Source: Mycobacteriaceae bacterium
GTDB lineage: Bacteria; Bacteroidota; Bacteroidia; Bacteroidales; Paludibacteraceae
NCBI GenBank assembly: GCA_963630875.1
Contig: CAVGOI010000006.1
Span: 2,531-66,530 of the forward strand
Length of the DNA: 64,000 nucleotides
Direction: 5' to 3'
The notes under the pieces were generated by a model. It saw only the letters and a list, made by a program, of their open reading frames with translations, did not search any database and was not told the origin of the DNA. Position numbers and translations under genes: made by a program. Every line of letters starts with the position of its first letter. Position 1 is the first letter of the stretch. Positions 37,661 through 46,976 of this stretch are shown one piece after another.

Positions 37661-38194
37661 CTATTTGCGCATACGGATGACCCGTGCCGGATTGCCGGCG
37701 ACGATGGCATAATCCGGAACATCATGGGTAACAACCGACCCCGCACCGATAATGCTATGCGCTCCGATGCGTTTGCAGCCCGGCAGGACAATGGCACGCG
37801 CCCCTATCCACACATCACCGCCTATCTCCAAGGGTGTTTGCCGCTCGACTTCCGTTTCAGCCACAGCACCAATCGGCACATCGGGGTCTGCGAAGGAATG
37901 TGCCCCCCCCAGAAACAATACCTCTTCGCCCATCAACAGCCTGTCGTGTATCACCAACGGACGATTGTGGGTACAGAAATCTTTCCCTATGCCGACATGG
38001 TTGCCGACACGGATATTCTTGCCATTGCCGAAGTAGGCACCCTGCTCCACATTCACATCGTTGCCGCACGCCGCAAACAGATGCTTGGCACACCGATAGC
38101 GCAACCGATACGCCACACGCCCCAAGAGCGGTTTCGTGGATTTGGGCAAGTGCCGTGCAAAGGCGTAATACACTATCAACCAAACTGTTCTCAT
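37661..38194 (-). CDS. Hexapeptide-repeat (LbH) O-acetyltransferase (WcaF/maltose acetyltransferase-like)
   Basis: 177 aa with [49 protein letters not shown]-type overlap with fcl. Confidence 0.85.
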   Translation of the reverse strand: MRTVWLIVYYAFARHLPKSTKPLLGRVAYRLRYRCAKHLFAACGNDVNVEQGAYFGNGKNIRVGNHVGIGKDFCTHNRPLVIHDRLLMGEEVLFLGGAHSFADPDVPIGAVAETEVERQTPLEIGGDVWIGARAIVLPGCKRIGAHSIIGAGSVVTHDVPDYAIVAGNPARVIRMRK

Positions 38195-39132
38195 CTCTCG
38201 GCACGCATAGGATTGTGGAGAAAATCATCGTAGGTCAAGCGAATACCCTCTTCCAATTCGGTGCGGTAAGTCCAGCCGAGTGCCGCTGCTTTCGATACAT
38301 CGAGCAGTTTGCGTGGCGTGCCGTTCGGACGAGTGGTGTCCCATTCTATGCGTCCCGTATAGCCAACTACTTTGGCTACAAGTTCTGTCAGTTCTTCGAT
38401 GGTCAGTTCTTTCCCCGTACCCGCATTGACAGTCTCGTTGCCGGAGTAGTGGTTCATAAGGAAGACACATAGGTTAGCCAAGTCGTCCACATAGAGGAAC
38501 TCCCGCAGAGGAGAACCATCACCCCAACAAGTAACACACGCTGCCCCGCTCTCTTTCGCTTCGTGGAAGCGGCGTATCAGCGCAGGCAATACATGAGAGT
38601 GTTCGGGATGATAGTTGTCGTTGGGGCCATAGAGGTTGGTCGGCATTACGGAGATGTAGTCCGTCCCATACTGTCGGTTGAGGAACTCGCAGTATTTGAG
38701 CCCCGATATCTTCGCCAGCGCGTACGCTTCGTTGGTCTTTTCGAGAGCACCCGTCAGCAGACAATCTTCCGTCATCGGCTGGGGAGCAAGCCGTGGATAA
38801 ATACAACTCGACCCAAGAAACTCCAACTTCTTACAACCGTTCTGCCATGCTGCGTGAATTACATTCATTTCGAGAATCATGTTGTCGTACATGAAGTCGG
38901 CGAGCGCACTCTCGTTCGCTACAATTCCGCCTACTTTGGCAGCCGCAAGAAACACATACTCAGGCTTTTCCTCTCGGAAGAATTGTTCTACCGCCTCTTG
39001 CCGGCAGAGGTCTAACTCCTTGTGTGTGCGGGTAAGGATGTTCGTGTACCCTTGCCGTTCCAATTCTCGAACAATGGCGCTCCCGACCATACCACGGTGT
39101 CCCGCCACATAAATTTTGCTGTTCTTTTCCAT
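38191..39132 (-). CDS. fcl: GDP-L-fucose synthase
   Basis: 313 aa from [20 protein letters not shown] (GxxGxxG), [12 protein letters not shown] (YxxxK) and [28 protein letters not shown]. The upstream 75 codons of the listed ORF look non-coding. Confidence 0.9.
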   Translation of the reverse strand: MEKNSKIYVAGHRGMVGSAIVRELERQGYTNILTRTHKELDLCRQEAVEQFFREEKPEYVFLAAAKVGGIVANESALADFMYDNMILEMNVIHAAWQNGCKKLEFLGSSCIYPRLAPQPMTEDCLLTGALEKTNEAYALAKISGLKYCEFLNRQYGTDYISVMPTNLYGPNDNYHPEHSHVLPALIRRFHEAKESGAACVTCWGDGSPLREFLYVDDLANLCVFLMNHYSGNETVNAGTGKELTIEELTELVAKVVGYTGRIEWDTTRPNGTPRKLLDVSKAAALGWTYRTELEEGIRLTYDDFLHNPMRAER

Positions 39133-39149
39133 ATCGGCTGTATATTTCC

Positions 39150-40322
39150 TTACTGACTGACTGCGCGGGAGGTTATGGTGTCTATGGGAAGTGTGAGCGT
39201 ATGCAGAATGGCTTCCGCTTGTCGCAAGGGCGTACGCTTCTTCTGCCCGGGTCCGAACTGGAAGGCTTCCGCCGTGATAACTTTTCCGTTTATGGGGTCC
39301 AGTCGGGTCAGGCTTACATAGGGACCTCCCATTGCCTCGCCGCCTTTCATCTTCCACAAGCCGCGTATCTCCACCGCATACTGTCCCTGCTGCACACTTA
39401 TCTCGCGCATGACAGGCGGCATAACCTTATACTCCGTGCCCATATGACTGCCCGCCACCGTTGCTGTAACCACGCGCCCTAAGACGGCGTCCCGCTGTCG
39501 GTTCAGGAAGTCTGCCGTAAAGGTTTCGGGATGAATATAGGGATACGCATAGACAACAAGGTCGCGTCGCATTGCGCCTTTGTCGTTGCAGCACCACAGG
39601 AGGTGTACCGCAGGCTCTGCTATGTCTTGCGCCCTCGTCAGGGACGGCATCGGCAAAACAGTATCCATGATGAGCATATAGTCTTCCGGAATGAGCATAT
39701 CGCAGTGCATCTGTTTGTTGAGGACAGCGCGTGCCGGTTTGTTGGTGCTTGCGCGGTAGAAGCGCATCTGCCGCTGCAACTCCTGCTGCACGAACCAATC
39801 GCGCACCTCCTCGCCATGCGCCAACCAATACGCCACAAAATCCGACTGAGAGGGCGTTTGGATACGGCATACGGCTTGCGGTTTCGACCAATAGTTGAGG
39901 GTCAATTTCCCCTTAGTCTGCGTATAGCGATTGGGGTCAATATCGACGATGAGGATATTGCGTGTCGGTTTCAGCACATCATCGAAAGCCGTCGGGCTGA
40001 CCTGCGTCAGTTTGAAATACGGTTCCACCTGTGGCAAGCACGGCATCGGAGCCCCCATGACAGCACGGACCAAGTCGTAGGTGGTGGCAATCGGCTCACT
40101 GTACGCCGATGCTCTGTCCACCAGCGCATACCGCCCCACCGAGTCCAACTCTTCTTGGTTAAGTGCCCCATTGGGTATCACGACCAAGCACTCGTACACC
40201 GACCCCGTAGCCGAGGTCAGGGTACGCTGTCCCGAAGGACGGCACCCCACCATGCCCACCACTGCCAACAAGGCAGCCACGGCGAACCCGAGCGCGGTCT
40301 TTCTCACAGGCGCATGCATCAT
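39150..40322 (-). CDS. Conserved lipoprotein (DUF4837-like, uncertain)
   Basis: 390 aa with signal plus lipobox (VGMVGC). I recognise no catalytic motif. Overlaps the fadD-like stop. Confidence 0.5.
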   Translation of the reverse strand: MMHAPVRKTALGFAVAALLAVVGMVGCRPSGQRTLTSATGSVYECLVVIPNGALNQEELDSVGRYALVDRASAYSEPIATTYDLVRAVMGAPMPCLPQVEPYFKLTQVSPTAFDDVLKPTRNILIVDIDPNRYTQTKGKLTLNYWSKPQAVCRIQTPSQSDFVAYWLAHGEEVRDWFVQQELQRQMRFYRASTNKPARAVLNKQMHCDMLIPEDYMLIMDTVLPMPSLTRAQDIAEPAVHLLWCCNDKGAMRRDLVVYAYPYIHPETFTADFLNRQRDAVLGRVVTATVAGSHMGTEYKVMPPVMREISVQQGQYAVEIRGLWKMKGGEAMGGPYVSLTRLDPINGKVITAEAFQFGPGQKKRTPLRQAEAILHTLTLPIDTITSRAVSQ

Positions 40323-42220
40323 ACCGCCTCCATATTTTTCGCGTTGAACAAGTCTTTGCCCTCGGCGGTGTAGGCGTACTCAATCCGCGCCTTATAGTAC
40401 TCTTCTACCTTTCCGCGCACAATCTTCATTGTGGAATTGACCAAGTGGTTCTGTTCCGTGAACGGCTCCGGCAGCACGGCTATGGCTTTCGGCAGCCACA
40501 TTTCGGGGAACATACCGGCAAACTTCCCGTTCCGATACTCGTCCGCCTCGCTTTGTATCTTCTGCAGCATGGCACGCTTGCCATCCGCCGAAGCAGGGTT
40601 TAGCCCCTTGCCTTTAACCCATTCGCGCAAAGTGTCCTTGTTGGGAACAATCAGCACAATGGTGTAAGGGTCTTGGTTGTTGTGCAGCACGACCTGTTCG
40701 ATGTATTTGCTGCCATCGGTCAGGCTGTCCTCATAGCCTTCGGGGCTGTATTTCTCGCCATCGGAACTGATGAGCAGCGACTTGAAGCGTCCTACGACCC
40801 ACAAGTAGCCCGGGTGGTCCGTACGGATATAGCCCATGTCTCCCGTGTGCAACCAGCCGTCCACAATGGTCTTGGCGGTGGACTCGGGGTTCTTCCAATA
40901 GCCCGCCATCACATTCTCGCCGCGGATAACAATCTCGCCCTTCTGTCCTGCCGGCACTTCCTTGCCCTCTTCGTCGCATATTTTCAAGTCCATCTGCGAA
41001 ACAATCCTCCCGCTCGAACCGAAGATAGCATGTCCTGCGGAGTTGGCACAGATAATCGGTGTGGCTTCGCTCAAGCCGTATCCTTGGAACATCGGCATGC
41101 CCACTGCGCAGAAATACCGCTGCAACTCGATGTCGAGCAGTGCGCCTCCACCGACGAAGAACTTCATACGCCCGCCGAAGCCCTCGCGCACGGAGCGGAA
41201 TATCAGTCGGTCGAACAACTTGACCAACGGCGCACGCCATGCGTCTTTCCCGCCGCGATTCCAGTATTCTTTGTTATAGCGAATGGCATTGTTGAGGGCG
41301 AACCGGTAGAGTTTCTCCACGGTCTTGCCTTTCTGGTGTATGCCGCTTTCGATACTTTTGCGGAAGTTACGCGCCAAAGCCGGCACCGAAAGCATAACCA
41401 TCGGGCGCACTTCCCGAATGGATATGGGTATGTTTTTGAGGGTAGCCATAGCCGTCTTTCCCACCGGCACCGTCGCAATACTTCCGCAGTAGGACATCAT
41501 CGTATAGAAGCCTGCCACATGGGCAAAGCAGTGGTCTAACGGCAGAATGATGAGCATCACATCGTCCGGCTCCACGCCAATGATGGAGCGTGCCTGTTCC
41601 ACATTGGCGGTATAGTTCCTGTGCGTAAGCAGAATGCCTTTCGGGTCAGCCGTCGTACCGGAAGTGTAACTGATATTGGCATAGTCGTCGGGACCTACCG
41701 AGTGGTAGCGTTCCACAAACTTTTCCGGCTCTGCGGCGAGCAGCGCCCGTCCCTTTTCGAAGACCTCCTCAATGCTTATTTCACGGTCTTGGTATTCTTC
41801 GATGGGGTCAAAGACAATCACATATTTCACCTGCGGACACTCGGGAAGAATTTTGCGGATCTTGGGCAGTTGCTGCTCGGAAGTCATGATGTATTGTGCG
41901 TCCGAATGCTGAATGCGGAACAGCAAGTCGCCGGCTTCCGCCAACTTGATACTCAACGGCACATTCACACCGCCCGCGTAGAGGATACCCAACTCGCCCG
42001 TAACCCACAGGTTGCGTCCTTGTGACAGGAGGGCGGCCTTGTCGCCTTTTTTCATCCCCAATGCCATCAAGCCGGCACCGATGATATGGGCTTGTTCACG
42101 CGTTTGGGTATAGGTAGTTTCCGTCCAGACATCGCCTATTTTCTCGCGCAAGAAGACATGGTCGGCATACTGCGCGGTGTATTTTTCGACGAAATCAATA
42201 ATAGTTAATCGCTTGTTCAT
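40319..42220 (-). CDS. Long-chain-fatty-acid--CoA ligase (AMP-dependent synthetase)
   Basis: 633 aa with AMP-binding motif ISYTSGTTADPKGILLTH, YGLSEA, and GWLHTGDMGY...VVGRFKSLL. Confidence 0.85.
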   Translation of the reverse strand: MNKRLTIIDFVEKYTAQYADHVFLREKIGDVWTETTYTQTREQAHIIGAGLMALGMKKGDKAALLSQGRNLWVTGELGILYAGGVNVPLSIKLAEAGDLLFRIQHSDAQYIMTSEQQLPKIRKILPECPQVKYVIVFDPIEEYQDREISIEEVFEKGRALLAAEPEKFVERYHSVGPDDYANISYTSGTTADPKGILLTHRNYTANVEQARSIIGVEPDDVMLIILPLDHCFAHVAGFYTMMSYCGSIATVPVGKTAMATLKNIPISIREVRPMVMLSVPALARNFRKSIESGIHQKGKTVEKLYRFALNNAIRYNKEYWNRGGKDAWRAPLVKLFDRLIFRSVREGFGGRMKFFVGGGALLDIELQRYFCAVGMPMFQGYGLSEATPIICANSAGHAIFGSSGRIVSQMDLKICDEEGKEVPAGQKGEIVIRGENVMAGYWKNPESTAKTIVDGWLHTGDMGYIRTDHPGYLWVVGRFKSLLISSDGEKYSPEGYEDSLTDGSKYIEQVVLHNNQDPYTIVLIVPNKDTLREWVKGKGLNPASADGKRAMLQKIQSEADEYRNGKFAGMFPEMWLPKAIAVLPEPFTEQNHLVNSTMKIVRGKVEEYYKARIEYAYTAEGKDLFNAKNMEAV

Positions 42221-42253
42221 AATTACTCGTTGTAAATTTTACCTTTCGGGCGG

Positions 42254-42285
42254 CAAAGGTACACTTTTTTTGCGAACCCTGCAAA
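42254..42285 (-). promoter_or_regulatory. Promoter TTTG-N20-TACCTTTG for the acyl-CoA ligase operon
   Basis: The minus strand reads ggTTTGcagggttcgcaaaaaaagtgTACCTTTG, 34 nt upstream of the ATG at 42220. Confidence 0.6.
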
Positions 42286-42349
42286 CCTGTTTTTCATCGG
42301 ACTAAATAAAACCGTCCCCCCCCCATCTTAGTACCAAGCCCCAAAATAG

Positions 42350-42477
42350 TCAACCCCCAAACGGGACATAACAATATAGGACAAATCAGCCACTAATCAG
42401 CCACTTATATCCATACCACATCCTTAGCACTACCCTAGCACTACCTTAGCACCTATGACTCTTATATGGGTTTTAGA
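42350..42477. repeat. Promoter-proximal intergenic repeat, copy B (with cccccaaacgggacat head)
   Basis: Positions 42373-42477 align with 18017-18132. The head 42350-42369 (tcaacccccaaacgggacat) matches 48745-48764. Confidence 0.7.
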
Positions 42478-42516
42478 CCTCTTTTGAATGCCCTCTTGAC
42501 CTTTCCTTCCCATCCG

Positions 42517-42576
42517 TCAAAGATGCCTTTTACTATCCCTGTCCTTTCTTCAAAGATGCCTTTTACTATCCCTGTC
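42517..42576. repeat. 33-nt period tandem repeat (2 copies plus a degenerate third)
   Basis: tcaaagatgccttttactatccctgtc occurs at 42517-42543 and again exactly at 42550-42576. A degenerate copy, ccgaagatacccctgtcc, follows. Confidence 0.85.
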
Positions 42577-42640
42577 TTTTTTCCGAAGATACCCCTGTCC
42601 TACGATGCTTATTCTTCCATTGAGGGGTGTAGTATATAGC

Positions 42641-42671
42641 AAGACGCACCGTTGGAGGGGCGGTGCGTCTT
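42641..42671. terminator. Perfect 11-bp hairpin downstream of the ccsBA-like gene (possible terminator)
   Basis: aagacgcaccg-ttggagggg-cggtgcgtctt, 93 nt past the stop at 42764. There is no U-tract on either strand. Confidence 0.35.
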
Positions 42672-42763
42672 CGGGAAACAGCGTAAGGAAGTTTGCGCTA
42701 CTTATTGCCGGTATGTGCGCTACCGATTGCTCGTGTCTGTTCTACCGGCGGTGGGTATGCAGG

Positions 42764-43918
42764 CTACTTGTTGTAGGTGTGCATACTGTATGCGGCAGAG
42801 GGTAGGTAGTTTACGCCATACCAGGTTATCTGCATACTCGCAAAGGTGAACAGTAGCACGACTAAGATATACCAACCTTGTGCGTTGCTTTTGTGTGTCT
42901 TGGCGGGAAACGGTATATGGGTGCCTATGATGGTCAGGAGCCAGGTTACGGCTGCCCAACATTCTTTCGCATCCCACATCCAGTAGTCGCCCCATGCGTC
43001 CTTTGCCCATACCGAACCGCATAACATACCGGTAAGCAACAAGGAAGAGGCTGTGGTAAGCAGGCTCTGCGGCAGTGTCGCCCACCGTCCCTGCAAGGGG
43101 TGGATTAGGTTCCAAACGGCGGCTACCACTCCCAAGGCGAGTAGCGAATAGGCAACCATATAGACCAGAATGTGCGGGAAGAACCAAAGGCTGCGTAGCG
43201 CAGGCATCAGCGTACCGAGTTCCACCCGTGCCAACGAGGCGGCAGAGAAGACAGCCGCCAAGACCAACGACACAGGGAGAACATACCAACTATGCCACGC
43301 ACGGCAAGTCTGTACCAATGCACCCACAACCAGCAGCACAAAGCCGATATAGACTACGGGCAGCCACGGGTCGCGTACTACCTCGATAATGCAGAAATCA
43401 CCCTGTGCACGGTCGTAGTCGGACTGATATATCCACCACCCGTGGTAATGTGCGGGGTGGTTGACTGATGTTTCTACAATATCCCGCCCGTCTATCTCGA
43501 GGGTGGAGGTGTACTGCTTGGGGCTTTTGCCGTCTGCATAGTAGTCGATACGAAAGTCCTGCAAGCGTATCGCCATAGGCAACACAAAGGGGCGTCCCTG
43601 CTCGGTATAGGCCACTCGTTCCGTGGCGTGAGTGTCCACTACAATCTTCACATCGGTTTCGACCACTGCTCCTGCCATGCCGCCGAGCAGTACCGTGAAT
43701 AGCCCAAGGTGGCTCAACGCCGCTGTCCACCGCCTCCGGCGTAGGTCGCCTATGCCGGCCGTGAGCAGTAATATGGCGGCCAGCAGGGCTACCGAGACGA
43801 ACAACCATGAGTGGTAGAGGCGTACTGCCCAAGTACCCTCTATGATCAGTAACAGAACGAGCAGGAGCAGTGTAACTGCCCCTGCCCATCGCAGAATCGT
43901 AGTGCCTTTAGATTGCAT
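42764..43918 (-). CDS. Compact fused cytochrome c synthetase (ResB/CcsB-like N-terminus + CcsA)
   Basis: 384 aa. The N-terminal part has the ResB-type motif RLQDFRIDYYADGKSPKQYTSTLEIDG...VNHPAHYHGWWIYQSDY. The C-terminal part has the CcsA Trp-rich haem-handling motif WGDYWMWDAKECW. Overlaps the upstream di-haem gene by 11 nt. Confidence 0.7.
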   Translation of the reverse strand: MQSKGTTILRWAGAVTLLLLVLLLIIEGTWAVRLYHSWLFVSVALLAAILLLTAGIGDLRRRRWTAALSHLGLFTVLLGGMAGAVVETDVKIVVDTHATERVAYTEQGRPFVLPMAIRLQDFRIDYYADGKSPKQYTSTLEIDGRDIVETSVNHPAHYHGWWIYQSDYDRAQGDFCIIEVVRDPWLPVVYIGFVLLVVGALVQTCRAWHSWYVLPVSLVLAAVFSAASLARVELGTLMPALRSLWFFPHILVYMVAYSLLALGVVAAVWNLIHPLQGRWATLPQSLLTTASSLLLTGMLCGSVWAKDAWGDYWMWDAKECWAAVTWLLTIIGTHIPFPAKTHKSNAQGWYILVVLLFTFASMQITWYGVNYLPSAAYSMHTYNK

Positions 43919-45572
43919 TGATAAACGCTACTAATGCATCCCTGTCCTTTTTGGTCAGGTTGTAGAATTTCTTTACAGACTCCAAGGCGTCGCTCTCTTC
44001 GCTATAGCCATGCCACATGATTGCTTCGACGGTCGTACGGGCACGCGTATCGTGCAGGCGTGCTTCGTAGGCGTCGCCCGTGATTTTCTTGTGCAGTCCG
44101 CGTCCCCAGAGCGGTGTGGTGCGGCACCAACCCGTACGGATGTCCTTCTCCATGCAGAGTTTGTGCTGTACGAAGTCGGTATATGGCCAAATGGTTTGAT
44201 AAGGGTAGCGCGGCATATCGCTGTTGCGCTTGAAGAACTTGTTCGGGTCTTGAATATGGTCTGCACCCGTTGTCCACGACGGACGGTGGCACTCTGCACA
44301 ACCTATCTGCGTAAATAACTCGCGCCCACGCAGTACATTCTCGTCGTGTACATTACGCACTGCGGGTACGGCTAAGCCGCGGTGCCATACCATGAAGTCG
44401 GCGTATTCGTCGTCGGTCATCTCAACCGGCAGGTCGGTGCAGGTCAGGTAGTTGTAGATGTTCTGCTCCACATCGTCGGTGAACCAGTCTGCATGCTCGT
44501 GGTTGGGGTCAATCTTCTCGATGTAGGCGGGGAAACCGGCTTGTACTTCGGGGTCCTTCGACGAGATGGTAGCATAGTTGGTGCCTGCCAAGTCGAGATA
44601 GTGGTAGCGACGGTCGGAACGCGTTACATTGGTGATGTTCCAAATGGCGTTCGCACCTGCGGCATCCAACAACGGACCACGCGACATGGCATAGGTATAG
44701 CGGCGCACATACTTCGTGCCGTCCCCTTGTTTCGAGTTGGAGTAATAGGCACCGTCTTTCCAGTTGCCGCCCTCGAACCAAGCCGACTTCCAGTGCTTGA
44801 TATAGCCTTTGTTGTATGCCTGCTCCTCCTTTGCCCACTGTGCGGTAATGGAGTCGTCGGGAATGGCATCGGTAAGCCCCGTACCATACACACCGATGGT
44901 GTTCTCGAGGCGTACCTCGTAGTTGCCGAGGTCTAACAGTTCGTGTCCATAGACTGCGTCCTCGGGCATATTGACGGTCGGGTAGCGCAACTCAAAGGTC
45001 TCGCCGTCCTCGAACGCCATTTTGTTGTTGCTGGCAGCGCAGGTATTGACCGTATGCCATGTGACGGTTATCTTGCTTTCGTCAATCGGTGCTTTGAATG
45101 GCGCAACGGCATGCAGTTGGGGCATACCGGCTACCCAAGTCTTGTAGTTCTCCGTCGAAGGATCGAAGATAACGAGAAGTGTTCCGTTGCCGATCTCCTG
45201 TGTGTTGTAAGTGCCTTCTTCTACTGATTTACCATGTCCGTAACCCGGGTGGCAGTGCAAACACGAAGAGCGCACATAGACAGGACCCAAGCCGCCACGC
45301 GTACCCGTGGCGTTGCTCATAAACTGTTTCTCGAAGAGGGCTTCGCCCGCCTTGAACGACTCTAACCAGTTGCCGTTGTCGATAGAGGGTGTCGGTTGCT
45401 CGTACGCATTCGAGGCGGAAACAAACGATGTACCGAGTTGTCCGCCCGCATAGTACCAATCCGGCAGTTCCGTGTCCTTGTCGGTCGGTTCGTTGTTGTT
45501 ACTGTTGGTACGGCAACTTGCCAGCGCGATTACGCTGACAAGCATGCCTACCATTAGATATGATTTCTTCAT
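43908..45572 (-). CDS. Di-haem cytochrome c lipoprotein (DUF1111 / putative peroxidase-thiol oxidoreductase family)
   Basis: 554 aa with lipobox IALASC and two CxxCH motifs (SSCLHCHPG and GCAECHRPS). Confidence 0.8.
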   Translation of the reverse strand: MKKSYLMVGMLVSVIALASCRTNSNNNEPTDKDTELPDWYYAGGQLGTSFVSASNAYEQPTPSIDNGNWLESFKAGEALFEKQFMSNATGTRGGLGPVYVRSSCLHCHPGYGHGKSVEEGTYNTQEIGNGTLLVIFDPSTENYKTWVAGMPQLHAVAPFKAPIDESKITVTWHTVNTCAASNNKMAFEDGETFELRYPTVNMPEDAVYGHELLDLGNYEVRLENTIGVYGTGLTDAIPDDSITAQWAKEEQAYNKGYIKHWKSAWFEGGNWKDGAYYSNSKQGDGTKYVRRYTYAMSRGPLLDAAGANAIWNITNVTRSDRRYHYLDLAGTNYATISSKDPEVQAGFPAYIEKIDPNHEHADWFTDDVEQNIYNYLTCTDLPVEMTDDEYADFMVWHRGLAVPAVRNVHDENVLRGRELFTQIGCAECHRPSWTTGADHIQDPNKFFKRNSDMPRYPYQTIWPYTDFVQHKLCMEKDIRTGWCRTTPLWGRGLHKKITGDAYEARLHDTRARTTVEAIMWHGYSEESDALESVKKFYNLTKKDRDALVAFINAI

Positions 45573-45599
45573 ACTAATGAGATTATTATGTGTTTTTGT

Positions 45600-46793
45600 T
45601 TAGTCTTGTGCACTCAATTTGGCATTTACCTTCTCGAGTACAGTAACGAGGTCTGTTCCTACTACCTCTACTGCCTTGGTGGCTGCTTCGCCTTTGGCAT
45701 TGGCATCGAGTGCAAACGGCTCTGCTATCTTACCGATGGCCTCAATGGCGTTCGTAATAGCCGTACGGCACTCCGTATCCAGCGAAGCATCCACGGACTT
45801 GATATAGTCGGAGATAGAAGCATCGCCCGAGTTGCTGCCGCAATATGCGTTTTGGATAGAACGGATATTGTCTTGGAAATCCTCAATCGAGTTGAGCGCG
45901 TACGGACTCTCGATATAGTTGCGGTCTTCGGCAGAGGTAGCACTGTTCGGACGACCAATCTTGGTGTTTCCTACCTCGTCGGCAATGTCGATGCAGCCTT
46001 GGATAACCTCTTCGGCAGCCTCTTGGTAAGTAGAGTAGGTACCACCGGTAGCCACTTTCATGTACGAGCCGTAGCCCTTAACGAACTCTACACCGTAGTC
46101 AATCTCAGCCTCTTCGAGAATGGTTTGTTTCTCCTCGCTGATATTGTCCACACCAGCCCAAGAAGCCTCGAGCGCAACGGTCTGGTTGCGCAAGTCCTCT
46201 GCCACTGCCACGAGATAGACCAATTCTGCACGGGTGTAGGTGGTAATATCGTGGGTGCGGACATTGCTTTTATCTGCATTGTCGGTAGCGTAGAGCATGT
46301 ACTCGATAGCGTGGAACCCAAGTAGACCATAGCCGAGTTTCGTGCCTACATAGTCTGCACCCTGCTCTTCGATTTGCTTCATCTGCTCCTCATTGCCGAG
46401 CATAGCGTCCATACCGTCTTTGTCGAGAGGCCATGAGTCGATATGCGGGTCAATGTTGTGGTTGGCTGCGGGACCGTAGAGGAATGCCTCGCTCAACTCC
46501 CAATAACGACGAGCGGTTGTCCACGAGGTAGCGGCTGCCTGTACATCGGCATCGGTCAATGTTTTTGCCTCAAACTTGGTGAATATGTTCTCGCAGTTCT
46601 CATAGAGCGTAACGGTTGCGTCCGAGAGGCTCTTATAGGTCGGAATGACCGTGTTGTCCACATACGGAGTCATGGCTGCCTTAAGGGCTTGCTCTTTGGG
46701 CGAATCAACATCTGAATTGTTCTTGTTCTCGCACGATGCGAGACCGAGAGTGGCTACTGAAAGTAGCGTTGCGTAAAAGAAAATCTTTTTCAT
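45600..46793 (-). CDS. Imelysin-like (peptidase M75 / IrpA-EfeO-like) lipoprotein
   Basis: 397 aa with lipobox LGLASC. Imelysin GxHxxE motif (LLGFHAIEYMLY) and the second conserved block (YIESPYALNSIEDFQDN). Confidence 0.8.
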   Translation of the reverse strand: MKKIFFYATLLSVATLGLASCENKNNSDVDSPKEQALKAAMTPYVDNTVIPTYKSLSDATVTLYENCENIFTKFEAKTLTDADVQAAATSWTTARRYWELSEAFLYGPAANHNIDPHIDSWPLDKDGMDAMLGNEEQMKQIEEQGADYVGTKLGYGLLGFHAIEYMLYATDNADKSNVRTHDITTYTRAELVYLVAVAEDLRNQTVALEASWAGVDNISEEKQTILEEAEIDYGVEFVKGYGSYMKVATGGTYSTYQEAAEEVIQGCIDIADEVGNTKIGRPNSATSAEDRNYIESPYALNSIEDFQDNIRSIQNAYCGSNSGDASISDYIKSVDASLDTECRTAITNAIEAIGKIAEPFALDANAKGEAATKAVEVVGTDLVTVLEKVNAKLSAQD

Positions 46794-46914
46794 TATGTAT
46801 TGTAAATTATTATTGTTGCTTTGTGGGGCTATCCGTTCGCTATCCCTTGCGTATGGGTTGCTTATCCCTTGCTGCAGAGGAAAGAAACGATAGTACTTGA
46901 ATGGTTAATCTGTT

Positions 46915-46976
46915 TTAGTTATAGTTCGAAGAAGCCGCTGTAGGGAATTAGTTATAGTTCGAAGAAACCGCTGTAG
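46915..46976. repeat. Tandem duplication (33-nt period) of the 3' end of the porin-like gene
   Basis: ttagttatagttcgaagaagccgctgtag (46915-43) against ttagttatagttcgaagaaaccgctgtag (46948-76), one mismatch. The second copy encodes the real C-terminus ...YSGFFEL*. Confidence 0.85.
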
